Assembly (NCBI GenBank): GCA_016618085.1
Contig: JABLTG010000029.1
Coordinates: 62,001-126,000, forward strand
DNA from: Neovahlkampfia damariscottae
Lineage: Eukaryota
DNA length: 64,000 nt
Direction of reading: 5' to 3'
Shown here: positions 45,096-57,506 of the stretch, piece after piece
Layout: every line of letters begins with the position of its first letter
Position numbering within the stretch: the stretch's first letter is position 1
Notes under the pieces: generated by a model
The model's database searches: none
The model's input: only the letters and a program-made list of their open reading frames with translations
What the model was told of the DNA's origin: nothing
Position numbers and translations under genes: made by a program

Positions 45096-47284
45096 TTAAA
45101 TAATCATTTTTGATCTTTTTTCAGTATATTCTTTTATCAATTTTTCCATTTCTAATTTTTTTTCAATTGTATCAAAAGAATATCTTGAATAGCCTGATCC
45201 GAGTTTTAGGTTCATCACTTTTTCATCATGTTCAACTTTTTCATTCTCATCGTAAAATAAAGCAACATAGAAAAAGTGATCAATCACTTCAACCTCTTTC
45301 AAATCATGTCTTAACATTGGAGCTGACAACATCATCATATTATCCTCAGGATCAGATAAAAAATTAATAATCAAAATATCATTGAATAAATACATTTTAG
45401 CAGATGATTCTTTGGAAATTACAGTAACTTCGTGCACATAATCTCTGTGTGGTTGAACCAAATCCTAAAAAAATTTTTAAATTTTTTTTTTCACCTTACA
45501 TCAATCTCCAAATCTTCACTTAATTCTTTCACTTTTAATTTCTTTTCATATTCATCACATATTTTATTTTGTAATATTGCATTTTTTTTAATCAAATCCA
45601 AAGCAGTTGTTAGCAACTCATAATCAGGATGTTCTTCAGGAGTTACTTTTAACACAGATTCAAATAATAATCTATATCTTGGTATTCTTTGAATTGGCAT
45701 TACCATTAATGAAGAAAGTCCTTGACCACATTTCTTCTTTTGATTCACGCACCATTCTGCAAATTTCTTATTTTCTTTGGTGAAGTGTCTAATTTCATTC
45801 AATGAGTTTTGATAGGTCTTTGTATATCCAATATAGAGTTTAAACATTGGTGACATTCTAATAAATGTTTCTGAAATTGATCGAATTTGAGGTCCATTAT
45901 TTTTTAAATCTTTTAATAATTCTGTATTGAATGAAAAAATAGAAGTCAAATCAGGTGGAAAAAGAGTTGCTGATTCTTGTTTACTCAATATCTGTTTTTT
46001 ACCAGAAACAATACCTGCTCTAATAGGTTTTACATAACTCTCCATGATTATTGTCAAAAAATTGACATATTTTGTTTCACTATCTATGATTTCTTGTAAT
46101 ACTTTTGCTCTCTCTTCATCATCTTTTGCGTTGACCCCAGACAATGATTTTAATAATTGAGTTGGGATACTACTCATTGACTTTCTGATTGCATTTTGTG
46201 GTGTTTCAAATTCAGCATCAAGTTGATCTGATGAATTCATTCCTTTTGGTGATAATTCATCTTTTAGTTCTTCTTCTGATTTATCAGGAGGTGGAAATAT
46301 CGGAGTTTGAGGGACCTTTGGACCATCTATTCTATCTTGTAATACTTTTATTAGTGGATTTAATTTCTTTCCTGTTTTTCCTTCAGGTGATGAATTTATT
46401 TGATTTCCAGGAGGAGCAGCTACTCTTCTTTTATTTCGTCTTTGTCTGAAGAAAGAGTTTAGTTGAATTTCCATTTCTTTGAACTGGTCTGGATCATTAG
46501 GTCTATTTTCATGTATATGTGCTATTTTTAAGTTTTGTAAATCTTGAATTTCATCAGGTAATTTTGTTAACATATTGTGTGAAATATCAATTTCATTTAG
46601 TTCTTTTAATGAGTTTATATTTGATGGTATACACTCTAATAAGTTGAAAGATATGTCTAATTTTGTTAATTTTAATGACAGAATGGTTTGAGGAAACTCT
46701 TCAAATTGATTAAAACTTAAATTTAACTCTTCAATTGATTTTAATTCTTTGAATTCATCAGGTAATTTTGAAAGACAGTTATGTGATAAATTCATTATTT
46801 TGACGTTTACAAGTGTATAACAAACCCAGGAAGATATGTTTTGAATTAAATTTTTTGAAACATCTAAAATCTCGATATTGGTCGCAAAATCAGAAACTTT
46901 TTGTGGTATTTCTTTTAAAGAACAACTGTTTAAACCTAATGATTTTGAGTTTTCTTTTACAAATAAATCCAATGAATCTTGAACCTCTTTTCTAATTATA
47001 ATGGATTTTTTTTTTGCTCTTTTGGAGAAACCTCGTAACGCAGATTGTATGATAATTATAGATTCTATTCTAGTTTTTCTTTGTTTTAAGTCATCTTGTA
47101 TTAAAATTAAAGCTTTTTCTTCTTTGGTAGTTTTTGAAATGTTCACAAAATCCCATGTTAAGCCTCTGAGATAAATTAATGTTGACAAATCGTCAGTATT
47201 ATATTTTAAGTAAGTATTATTTTTTGGATTTGTCAAATCCTCAGGATTCAGTTTTCCTTCCTTGAGCTGTTTATTCACAAACAT
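45096..47284 (-). CDS. IQ-LRR-RhoGEF (DH-PH) protein
   Basis: IQSALRG, LxxLxLSxN repeats, EIIDSETKYV..LMVMPIQRIPRYRLL (DH), and a PH-like last exon with YLFNDILII. Confidence 0.9.
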
Positions 47285-47492
47285 GAAAACAAGCTGAAAA
47301 ACAAAAATGATTGGATTAATTTTTCATAACGGAATTTAGGATAAAAAAAAAAGAAAACAAATCGACAACAACTTCAATTTTTCTTATTTCTTCAATTTTA
47401 TTTCCATGAACCAATCAAGTTATTTCTTTTTTCGATGCACCGTTTGGTGAGAAGTAAACCATTCATCAAATTAAATAAACTTCATTTGTAAA

Positions 47493-50400
47493 ATGTTACA
47501 TAGATTTAAAAATTTTAGTTCAATTTTTAAACTGAGGAATATTCAACCAATAAAACGTCAGAGTTTCAATTCAACTTTTTCAACAGAAACACACATGACT
47601 GAAAAACCAAAGAAAGAAAAAAAAGAAAAAAAAGAAAAAGAAATTTTCACATATGTTAATAAAACTCCAAAAGGAGAAAAAAAAAGTAAAAAAAAAACAA
47701 AAAACTAAAAAAAAAAAAAAAACAGACGTTTCAGAAGAAGCACCTTCAACCTATCAACCAAAAGTAATCCAAAAAAATATAGAATTAAAATTAAAAAGTA
47801 TGTTGAATCAGCATGGTATGAATGGTGGGAAAAGATGGGATTTTTTCAACCAGAACCAAAAAGTGATAAAAAAAGCGTAAAAAAAATAAAAAAAAAATTA
47901 AAACAAAAAAGTATGTTATGGTTTTACCACCTCCAAACGTAACAGGTAGTTTACATTTAGGTCATGCTTTGACGGTTGCTGTTGAAGATTGTCTCGTTAG
48001 ATGGTTTTTTTTTTTTTTTTTTTTGACTTGTTTTGACAGGCACAGAATGAAAGGTGATAACGTTTTATATTTACCTGGTGTTGATCATGCTGGTATTGCT
48101 ACACAAGTTGTTGTTGAAAAACGATTGAAAAAATTAACAGGTAAAAGCAGACATGATATTGGACGTGAAGAATTTCTTAAAGAAACTTTCAAATGGAAAG
48201 ATGAATATGGAGCTAATATCTGTAATCAACTTCGTCGTGTTGGTGCTTCTTTAGATTGGACAAGAGAAGTTTTCACAATGGATGATAAACTTTCAATTGC
48301 TGTTAATGAAGCTTTTGTTAGACTTTATGAAAAGAAGTTAATTTATAGAGCTACAAGATTAGTCAACTGGGATTGTACTTTGAATACTGCTATTTCAAAT
48401 ATTGAAGTTGACCATAAAGAGATTGAAAGAAATGAAAAAATTAAAATTGGAAATAGATTAAAGAAAGTTGAATACGGTTTCTTATTTGATTTTGCATATA
48501 AGCTTGAAGACTCTGGTAAAGTTTTTTTGCATGTGTTAAAAATTTTTTAGATGAAGAAATTATTGTTTCAACAACAAGACCTGAAACAATTCCAGGTGAT
48601 ACAGGTATAGCTGTTCATCCAGATGATGAAAGATATAAAAAATTAGTTGGCAAGTTTTGTATTCATCCATTCAATGGAAGAAAAATTCCTATTGTAGCAG
48701 ATTCAATTACAGTTGATATGAATTTTGGAACAGGTGCTGTTAAAATTACACCAGCACATGATTTCAATGATTTTGAATGCGGAAAAAGAAACAAGTTGGA
48801 AGTTATCAATATCATGAATGATGATGGTACTTTAAATGAAGAAGGAAAACCATTTGTAGGAATGGATAGATTAGATGCACGTGAAGAAGTCATGAAAAAA
48901 TTAGAAGAATTAAAATTAGCAAGAGGTAAAAAAGAACATAAACTCTCCATTGGACTTTGTCAAAGAGTAAGTCATATAACAAATTTATTAAAAAAAAAAA
49001 AGAGTGGTGATGTTATTGAACCTATTATCAAACCACAATGGTATTTTGATTGTAATGAACTTGCTGAAAGTGCAATGAAATCAGTTAAAGATGGTGATTT
49101 AAAAATACTTCCAAGTTTTTATGTTGATAACTGGAATAAATGGTTAGGTGACATTAGAGAGTGGTGTATTTCACGTCAACTTTGGTGGGGTCATAGAATT
49201 CCTGCATATTTTATTGTTGTTGAAGGAAAAGAACGTGGTGATGTAAAGTTTAAAATAAACTAAATACTTTTTAAAAAAGCCAATCGATGAAGAAAATTGG
49301 GTTGTTGGTAGAAATGAAAAAGAAGCTTTAGAAAATGCTGCTAAAAAGTTAGGAATTGATAAAAGTAAAATCACTCTTGAACAAGATGAAGATGTTCTTG
49401 ATACATGGTTTTCATCAGGTCTTTTCCCATTTTCAACAATGGGTTGGCCAGAAAATACACAAGATTTTGAAAGTTTTTATCCAAACTCAACACTTGAAAC
49501 AGGAGCTGATATTCTTTTCTTTTGGGTTGCAAGAATGGTTTTTATGGGTCAAGCTTTAACAGATAAACTTCCATTTGATACAGTAACATTTTTAACACAA
49601 AAAATTTTTAATTTTTTTTTAAAGGTATTTTTACATGCTATGGTTAGAGATAAAGAAGGAAAGAAAATGTCAAAAAGTTTAGGAAATATCATCGATCCAA
49701 TTGATGTTATTGAATCAATTTCTTTAGAAAATCTTCAAGAAAAGTTAAAACATGGTAATTTACAACCAAATGAATTAGAAAGAGCAACAAAATTACAAAA
49801 GAAACAATTTCCAGAAGGTATTCCAGAATGTGGTACAGATGCTCTTCGTTTTACTTTATTAAATTTCACAACTGCAAATGCAAGAGATATTAATTTAGAT
49901 GTTCTTCGTATTAATGGTTATAGAACATTTTGTAATAAAATGTGGCAAACGACTCAATTTTGTTTATTAAACATGAAAGACTTTAAACCAGAAGAATCAA
50001 TTGTTGTAAGTTTAAAAATCATTAAAAAAAAAAAAGTCTGAAAAAACACATTCACTTTCATTCCTTGATAAATGGATTTTAGGTCGTCTTAACTCAACAA
50101 TTAAAAATGTTGATAAAGCACTTACAAGTTATAACTTTGGTCTTTATACTTCACTTTGTTATGATTTTTGGTATAAAGAAGTTTGTGATGTTTACATTGA
50201 AGCTATTAAACCAGTTATGTCTCTTTCAGAAGATTCAAAAGAAAGAAAAGCAGCACAAACTGTTTTATATACATGTATTGAAACAGTTTTAAGATTACTT
50301 CATCCAACAATGCCTTTCATCACAGAAGAATTATGGCAAAGACTTCCAGGACATTCAGAATTTCCAAAAGAAAAATGTTCAATTATGATTAATCCTTACC

Positions 50401-50955
50401 CAAAAACAGTAATTTTTTTTTTATTGTAAATTTAAAATTTTTTAGGTTGTTGAATGGGAATATGAAAAAATTGAACAAGAAATGGATCTCATTCAAAAGA
50501 TTTGTGGTAGAATTCGTTTTGTCAAAGCATCTTATACTGTTCAAAATCATGTTAAACCAAAAGTTTATTTTCTCAGTCAATCAGATGATTATACAAAATT
50601 ATTAACAGAATTATCATCAACTATTTCAACACTTTCGTTTTGTGGAGAAACTGCTGTTTTAACATCAACCAATGATAAACCAGAAGGATGTGTTATTGAA
50701 TACATTGATCAATTTTGTTCTGTTTATGTTCTCTTAAAAGGTTATTTAGATGTTGACAGTGAAATTAAAAAATTAGATAAAAAAAAGAAAGAATTGACAA
50801 AAGGATTAGATGGTTTAAATAAATTAATGTCAAGTGCAAAATACTCAAAGGTACCACCTAAAATTAAAGAACAAAATGATGAAAAAAAGAAAAAATATGA
50901 ACTTGATCTTTCAAATATTGATAATGCTATTGATGAAATGAAGAAATTCAATTAA
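47493..50955 (+). CDS. VARS1: Valyl-tRNA synthetase, probably dual mitochondrial/cytosolic
   Basis: [51 protein letters not shown] and KMSKS; about 10 tiny introns. Confidence 0.97.
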
Positions 50956-51007
50956 AAATACATATTTTTATGATCCAATCAAATTCTTTTTTTCCATTTT
51001 GAGATTT

Positions 51008-51854
51008 ATGCACGAAAAAGTTGTTGAGTCTTTTGAAGAAGAGTCAAAAGTAAATCTTTTGATTAGAAATGTTATTGGTGTTGGTGTTTCTTTTAGTGTC
51101 TTGGCTATCATTATAGCAATTGGTGTTGTTGAATATTTGACCATCACAAACTTGCCACTTCAACCTCCTTATATTTTTATTGGAAAAACAAATTTGGATA
51201 AATTTAATTTACCAACATATTGTCCTTCAGCTAATAACACAAAATGTTGTGAAGCTGGAAAACCATGTAGTTTACAGTTTGAAGATCCAACCAACATTAC
51301 AATTGATGCAACTGTAAAAAAAAAAAACTTTTTTTTAACAATTCAAAGGTAATTTTAGCAATGCAAAACATCAACCCAAATGAACCTTTTTTTTGGAAAG
51401 ATATGATTTCAAAACTTGCCCTTGAAAGTAACTTTGCTGATGAGTTGATGAGAGGTTTTTCAGGTAATGGAACAATGGGTGGTTTAGATTCATCTGAAGT
51501 TTGATTTTTGGATTTATTTAACATATAGATTCCTTTGAAGTTGAAATTTAATCAAGATTTTGATTCACTTCGAAAGTTGTTATGTGCTCTTGACCAAAAA
51601 GAAAATCCAGAAATGTACTTGGATATTAAATTAGTTGATTTTATGTTTGCAAATCAAACATATCAAAAAAATCTTACTGCTGCAATGAAATTTGGTTTGA
51701 AAAAAAAAAAAAAAGAAATTTAACATTTTTTCAAGATTTTCTTTCAATTTGTGAAAATTCAAAAGAAAAATGTGAAATTGATCCATTATACAGGGCTGAT
51801 ATATGTGGAAGTACAAGAGTTTATTCAATTGAGCAACTTTTAAGAAGTGGATAA
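51008..51854 (+). CDS. Type II membrane protein of unknown function
   Basis: N-terminal TM and Cys-containing lumenal part; three short introns. Confidence 0.55.
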
Positions 51855-51969
51855 TTCACGACATTTCCATAAACTTGATTACTTTTTTTGGAATTTTTTT
51901 TTTGGTTTTTGGTAGACAGATTCCATCATCCCACTGATTGTAAAAACAAAATTAAAATTATAATTGAAA

Positions 51970-52851
51970 TTATTTATGTTCTGCATAGACATTCCAAAAA
52001 TCTAAACTTCCGATATTATCTTCTGATTCTACTTTATATTTGAATCCTCTTTGATCTAAAATTTTTAAACATTCGTTTTTTAATTCTGTTGAATGAGCTT
52101 CAATGAAAATTTTGTCCAGTTTTTTCCAGTCAGAATCAACAATTCCTTGTAAAATTAAAACTTCTGCTTTTTCAGCATCGATTTTCAACAAATCTATTTT
52201 TTCAAGCTGTTGAAGTTTAATCAAATCTGAAACTGTTGTACATTCACAAACTTCTTCTGATACTTTCCAATACCATCCAATGATAATAGCATCTGCAAAG
52301 TACTGTCTTAATGGTAAAGGTAAATAATGGCCAACATAATTAAAGATTGAAGGAGTTTCTTCTGGATGATCAAAGTAGTATAAAAGTGTATTCTTCATGT
52401 CATTTTTTTCCTTTGGTGACCAACCAAAAGCAGATGATACAAATGATGCATAATGTTGAGTGAATTTCAAAGGATTATTTGAATTACTGACAGCTGATTT
52501 CTTCAAAAATACATTCTTAATGTTATTAATATCTAAATTTTCACGACAAAAAGCATTTGTCGATGATATTGGTTCAAAAGCAAAAACTTTTGAAGCATTT
52601 CTTGAAGCAAGCATTGAGAAGAATCCTCTATTTGCTCCAATGTCGATTACAACACCACCTTTAGGTACTGAGAAACCATTTTTGAAATATGACAAACATT
52701 GTTCATAAATCATTGTGTTAACTGCTGCATCTTCGGAAAAACTTGTTTTTGCCATGAATCCATTTGGCAAAGGCTCGAAGTGATGACTCTTTACATACAG
52801 ATAAAATGATATAATGACCAAAAATACACTTACACTTGCAGTTTTTAACAT
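51970..52851 (-). CDS. FkbM-family SAM methyltransferase with a signal anchor
   Basis: VIDIGANRGFFS, VFAFEP and IDLLKIDAEKAE..IEAH; intronless. Confidence 0.88.
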   Translation of the reverse strand: MLKTASVSVFLVIISFYLYVKSHHFEPLPNGFMAKTSFSEDAAVNTMIYEQCLSYFKNGFSVPKGGVVIDIGANRGFFSMLASRNASKVFAFEPISSTNAFCRENLDINNIKNVFLKKSAVSNSNNPLKFTQHYASFVSSAFGWSPKEKNDMKNTLLYYFDHPEETPSIFNYVGHYLPLPLRQYFADAIIIGWYWKVSEEVCECTTVSDLIKLQQLEKIDLLKIDAEKAEVLILQGIVDSDWKKLDKIFIEAHSTELKNECLKILDQRGFKYKVESEDNIGSLDFWNVYAEHK

Positions 52852-53069
52852 TTTTTGTTCAGTGTGAAAAAAAAGAATCAAAATGATTGGAGGCTTATAC
52901 GTTGACTGATGTCGTCTCATTGGTCAACTCTGTTTCCCAACAGTGCATTTTTTTTCTCAACGGTTTGGCAATTGACGAATAATGTTGCAGAGTGGAAATC
53001 CAATTTTTTCTTGAATACAAAAGAAAATGTTTTTTATCAAAATTTGAAATTCAGATCACCTTTTGTTTC

Positions 53070-54020
53070 TCAAATCAATTTGTAATTTCTGGAATAAATC
53101 CAAAACACTTCTTTGTCCAATATCATTTGATCCTCCAAATGGTACCAATACTCTTTTGATTTTTTTAATAATTTTAAAACATAAACTTTGTTATCTTTCC
53201 ATTTCTTTTTTGCTATTGCAAATGTGTAAGGAAATTTTTCAATCATTATTTTGGTCAATTCTTCATCATGCTCAATGATACTTCTTAATTGAAAGTCAGT
53301 TGTTGAGAATTCAAGAAATCTACCATTCAGTGTTGCTCTAATAATATCTTTATCATATACATAAGGATTTTGAGATTTTGACAATGTTGAATAAATATTT
53401 GCATCTAATTCAACTGCTTGTAAAATGAATTGTTTATCAGATTTCAATGATTTATGTAAATGTGCATAGGCTTTTTGATTTTGTTTCAATGCTTCTGTCC
53501 CCAATCCAATGATTTCTCTATCTTTTCTATATTCTTTCTTGCAATACGAGACCATCAATCCATTCTTCCTGACAACTTCCAATATCATTTTTCTACCATC
53601 CAATTTTGGAGAAACGAATCTAAACAAGTTCACATCATTCTCCAATGCATTTTTCAACAATTGAGAATCATTTCTCAAAGATTCAGATTTTTACTACTAA
53701 TTTCAGGTCCTGGATTTGATTTTTTTTGTTCAATTCTCTAAAGGATGGAGGTTTGGTTAAAAAATTTTTTTTTTTTTTTTTACAGATTGAACAGCAGTAA
53801 AAGTTTACTAATTTTTACTTTGTTTTTTCAAAATCATCAAGTTTTCTTTCATCTGTAATTTCTTTTTTTTTTGTTTTTGATTTTCAACAAGTTGTTCCAT
53901 TTCTTCAGAAACTTCACCACCTGTATCTAAATATATTTTGTATGATCCCAAAAGTATTTGAGCCATTTTATCGTTAGCTGATTCTTGGTTGAAAGCAGAA
54001 ATTTTTTCTCTTTTCGCCAT
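53070..54020 (-). pseudogene. DUF4116-like repeat protein with a disrupted 5' part
   Basis: DREII, DKQFILQAV, DKDII and DKEVF repeats in 53070..53678. In-frame stops lie just upstream, and the exon at 53808..54020 cannot be joined cleanly. Confidence 0.55.
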
Positions 54021-54183
54021 CAACACAAAACTCGAATGTCAGAAAAATTGTCAAAGAAATGATTGGTCAACTATTTTTAATTGCACAATTTTCATTTTTT
54101 TTATTAATCGAAATCGAATTGAATAATAAAAAAAAAAAAGGGTTTCTAATATTGACCAATCAATTTTTTGCACTTGTTTGAAA

Positions 54184-55574
54184 ATGACGAGTTTTGAACT
54201 GGACAGAATTCATATTCACTTTAATTCCATATATACAAATGAAGATATGAAGAATTCATTCATGAAACATCTTGAAAGTGAATTTAATACAGAACCATTT
54301 GAATTTGTTTTAAAAGTAAAAGAATTTGAATCGGAGGAAGAAGAAAAATTAAAATTAAAATTATTTTTTGAAATATATGACACATACATCATTAAAAATT
54401 CACCAAAAGAAATTAATTTATCCGCTGAAAATCTTGAAAATTTTAGAAAAAAAAATAAAATTCAGCTGGAAGACCGAAACACCAATTTATTAGAAAATGA
54501 ACCATTTGATATTTTAAAAAGAATAATACATTCACAATTACTTCATGATGTATTTCCAAGATTCATTAGATCTGATTTATGTATAAAAACAATAAAATTA
54601 CATCAAAGAGATTCAAAAGTTGTTGAAAAAAGGGAAGTTTATGATTTTCCATACAAAGATGAAGATTTTACATCAGAAATTGTAACAGATATTGATATTG
54701 AATTTATGAATCGTTTAATGAAAGATGGATATGATTGGGAGTTGGTGTTTTCTGATAAAAAATTACAAATGAATACATTTTATTTTAAAAATGAATATTT
54801 TCCAAATGTATCATTTTTAAAAGATTCAAATATTCAAAAATTTGAATCAATTATTCCATTTGGACTTCAACATTGTATTGATGCATTAGTTCCAATTTCT
54901 CAAGTAAAAAAATATGATAGAGCAATAGTTGATATCAAATGTAAATCATATTTAGATGGAGATGAATCATTAAAAAAATATCCTGATCAAATGAAAATGA
55001 AAAGATCAAATGCAGTTTTTAATATCACTGCGAAATTACCTGTTCCAGGATCAAAACAAAGAAGAGGTCTTGATGCAACTACAACTTATTTTGATCATAA
55101 AGGTAATTGGATACGTATCATGAAACCTATAATTCAAAATTTTATAAAAAAACCAAATGATTGGGAAAAATCTCATAAAGAAAAAATTGATGGAAAAACT
55201 ACTAAATTTTATGCAATGCCAAGCTTTCTGAAGTTTCAATTAACACCAATTTCTGAGAATAAAACGAAATATACGTATATTCACAGTAAGGAATTTTTTG
55301 GAGTTTATTTTTTCAAAGTATTTAATATTTGTGGAAGTTTTATGATGAAAAAAATGACAAAAACAGTTATTCAAAGTAATTTATTATTTTTTATTTATTT
55401 TTGAAATTAAAAGTGAGAGCAAAAGGTCTTCGAAGTGATTTATTATCAAATATTCAAAAATTTGATGAAAATATGAAGAAAGAAGCAGAAGAAAACCTTG
55501 AAAATGATGGCTATTCTAAATTAAATAGAGATGCATTTCGTTATTGCAAAGAAGAACACTGCATCGAAGAGTAG
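54184..55574 (+). CDS. RGS-domain protein with a C-terminal START-like domain
   Basis: FMKHLESEFNTEPFEF..IYDTYI..SPKEINLS..HDVFPRFIRS; the C-terminal DWELV..YD..LTPISENKTKYTYIH pattern is START-like. Confidence 0.8.
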
Positions 55575-55628
55575 AGATTTTTAATTGATTTTTTGATTGA
55601 CTTTGACCAATCAAACAATAAAGTAAAC

Positions 55629-56207
55629 ATGATACAAAAACTCTTGTTGTTTTCAATTCTCATCACTTTTGCTTTTGTTGCAGCTCAAGAAGAACTTGAA
55701 GAAGTATACATCTTCGAAGAAGACACTTTAGCTTCAAAAGTAAAAATTGAACTTGACAAAAAAAATTCAAACGACTGGTGGATTCAAGTTACAGCAAAAC
55801 CAAAAATAAAGTTCACTCAATTCAATTTATTGCAGCTGATGGATCATCTACTATGTTATATCCACCTCATCGGGAAAAAAAATATGGTACTTTTGCAGGA
55901 AAACCAGATGCATTAGTTCCATGGGTTCAAAAGTAACTTTAAAACTTTGGTATCTCAGTCATGGATCTCAAATGGTTAAACTTACAGACAATTATAACAA
56001 AGAAGGATCAAGTGGTTCAGGAGGTTCTGGTGTTGGTGGTGGTTCACAACAAACTGGACCAGATCCACCTTCTTCAAAAACAAAGATATTCAATTTCTTA
56101 TTAAATCTGTCAAGAAATATAAACAACCAGGTAAAAATCCAGCAGCACATATTGCAGGAGAAAATGATCTCAGAAGAAAAGTTTGGGCAAACATTCCACA
56201 TGTTTAA
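55629..56207 (+). pseudogene. Secreted protein gene broken by about three frameshifts
   Basis: Signal peptide and SNDWWIQV; sensible protein continues only by switching frame near 55810, 55920 and 56080; Gly/Ser linker. Confidence 0.55.
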
Positions 56208-56315
56208 AATTTTTGTCTCTTCTACAAAAAGAGAAATGAAAAATTTTTTTTGTTTCTTTTTTAAGAAGTCGGAATTTTTTTTTTTTTAAAAAAAGAAAAT
56301 ATTTAATCATCGAGA

Positions 56316-57404
56316 TCAACATCTAATCCAAATGCTTCTAACATTAATCTTCCATAAGCATCTTTTTTTAATATATCTTTTGAACCAGCTACCTTCTGGT
56401 GTGTCTTTTATTGAGGAATTCAATATATATTCTTTTGAAAGCTTATAGGAATCTTTAAAATGATATAAACGATGATTTGAAACTGAAAGAACTTCTAATA
56501 GAAAATCTTCATCATTTTGCATTTCAGTTGTGAAAATATTTCATAAATTTTTCTGAGTATTGTTTGGATTCAATCCAGCAAGGAATACTTTCTTTTGAAC
56601 ATTTTTTCATCGATAAAATGAAATATTTCTTGATATTCATCAAAAAAATAACTCAATAATTTGACAATGAAATCTTCATCCATAACTAACTTGTCAATCA
56701 AATCGATAGAAGCATAATCTAAAGGTTGAAAAAATTTATCATGAGATTCAATGGATTTGATTAATAAATCTTCATCGTTTTGCAGTTTCTTTGAGCAAAA
56801 TTTGAAATTTTGTCCATTTAATTCAATTGCTCTCATTGCAATTTCTTTGTCATTTTTCATTTGGTTAGTGAGTATTTGAAAATAACCAGGATCATTTTTT
56901 CGAAACATTATTATAACATCTTTATCATGTTTTAAATTTTCCGGAATGTGATGAACCCATTCATTTGAATTGGACAAAGATGCTAACACTATATCTTTAT
57001 CACATCTCAATTCACTGTTTTCCGGAATTTTCAGGTAAATTTTTGATTCATTAAGCCCACATTTCAAAGAAATTTCTTTCTCAGTCAAAAAAGGCACCAG
57101 TATAGATTCCGAAAAAAGCTTTGTTTTAAAGTGCATCTAAAATAAAATCACGATTTGTAGTGATTTCTTGAGGCAAAGCTTCAAAAAAAATACAATCAGC
57201 AGGTGAATTTACTGTTGATAAAAATGTCCAAAGTACATCTCTATCTTTTTGTAGTTCTTTTGACGCATATAAAATGTTGGAACAGTGGAGTTTTACTGAT
57301 TCAAGAATAATTTCTTTGTCATTTTCAAATTTGTATTTGCAAGTATGAAGAATATCTTTTCCTTGTTTTATTTTGAGCAACAATAGCTCTCTACACATTT
57401 GCAT
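56316..57404 (-). pseudogene. DUF4116-like repeat protein in three frameshifted pieces
   Basis: DKEII, DRDVL, DKDIV and NDEDLL repeats across ORFs 57126..57404, 56570..57136 and 56316..56522, with no usable introns at the junctions. Confidence 0.6.
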
Positions 57405-57506
57405 GGTGAATTCACTATTGTTTGTTGGTGAGTTCTATTGGTCAAAAACTAGAAAGTAGTTTCTTTCAGAAATATTATTTTTCTTGAAACTTGAAATTTT
57501 ATTTCA

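Noticed and set aside
55760..55960. Expansin/CBM63-like domain in the frameshifted secreted gene
   Set aside because: Only SNDWWIQV is suggestive, which is too little to call.
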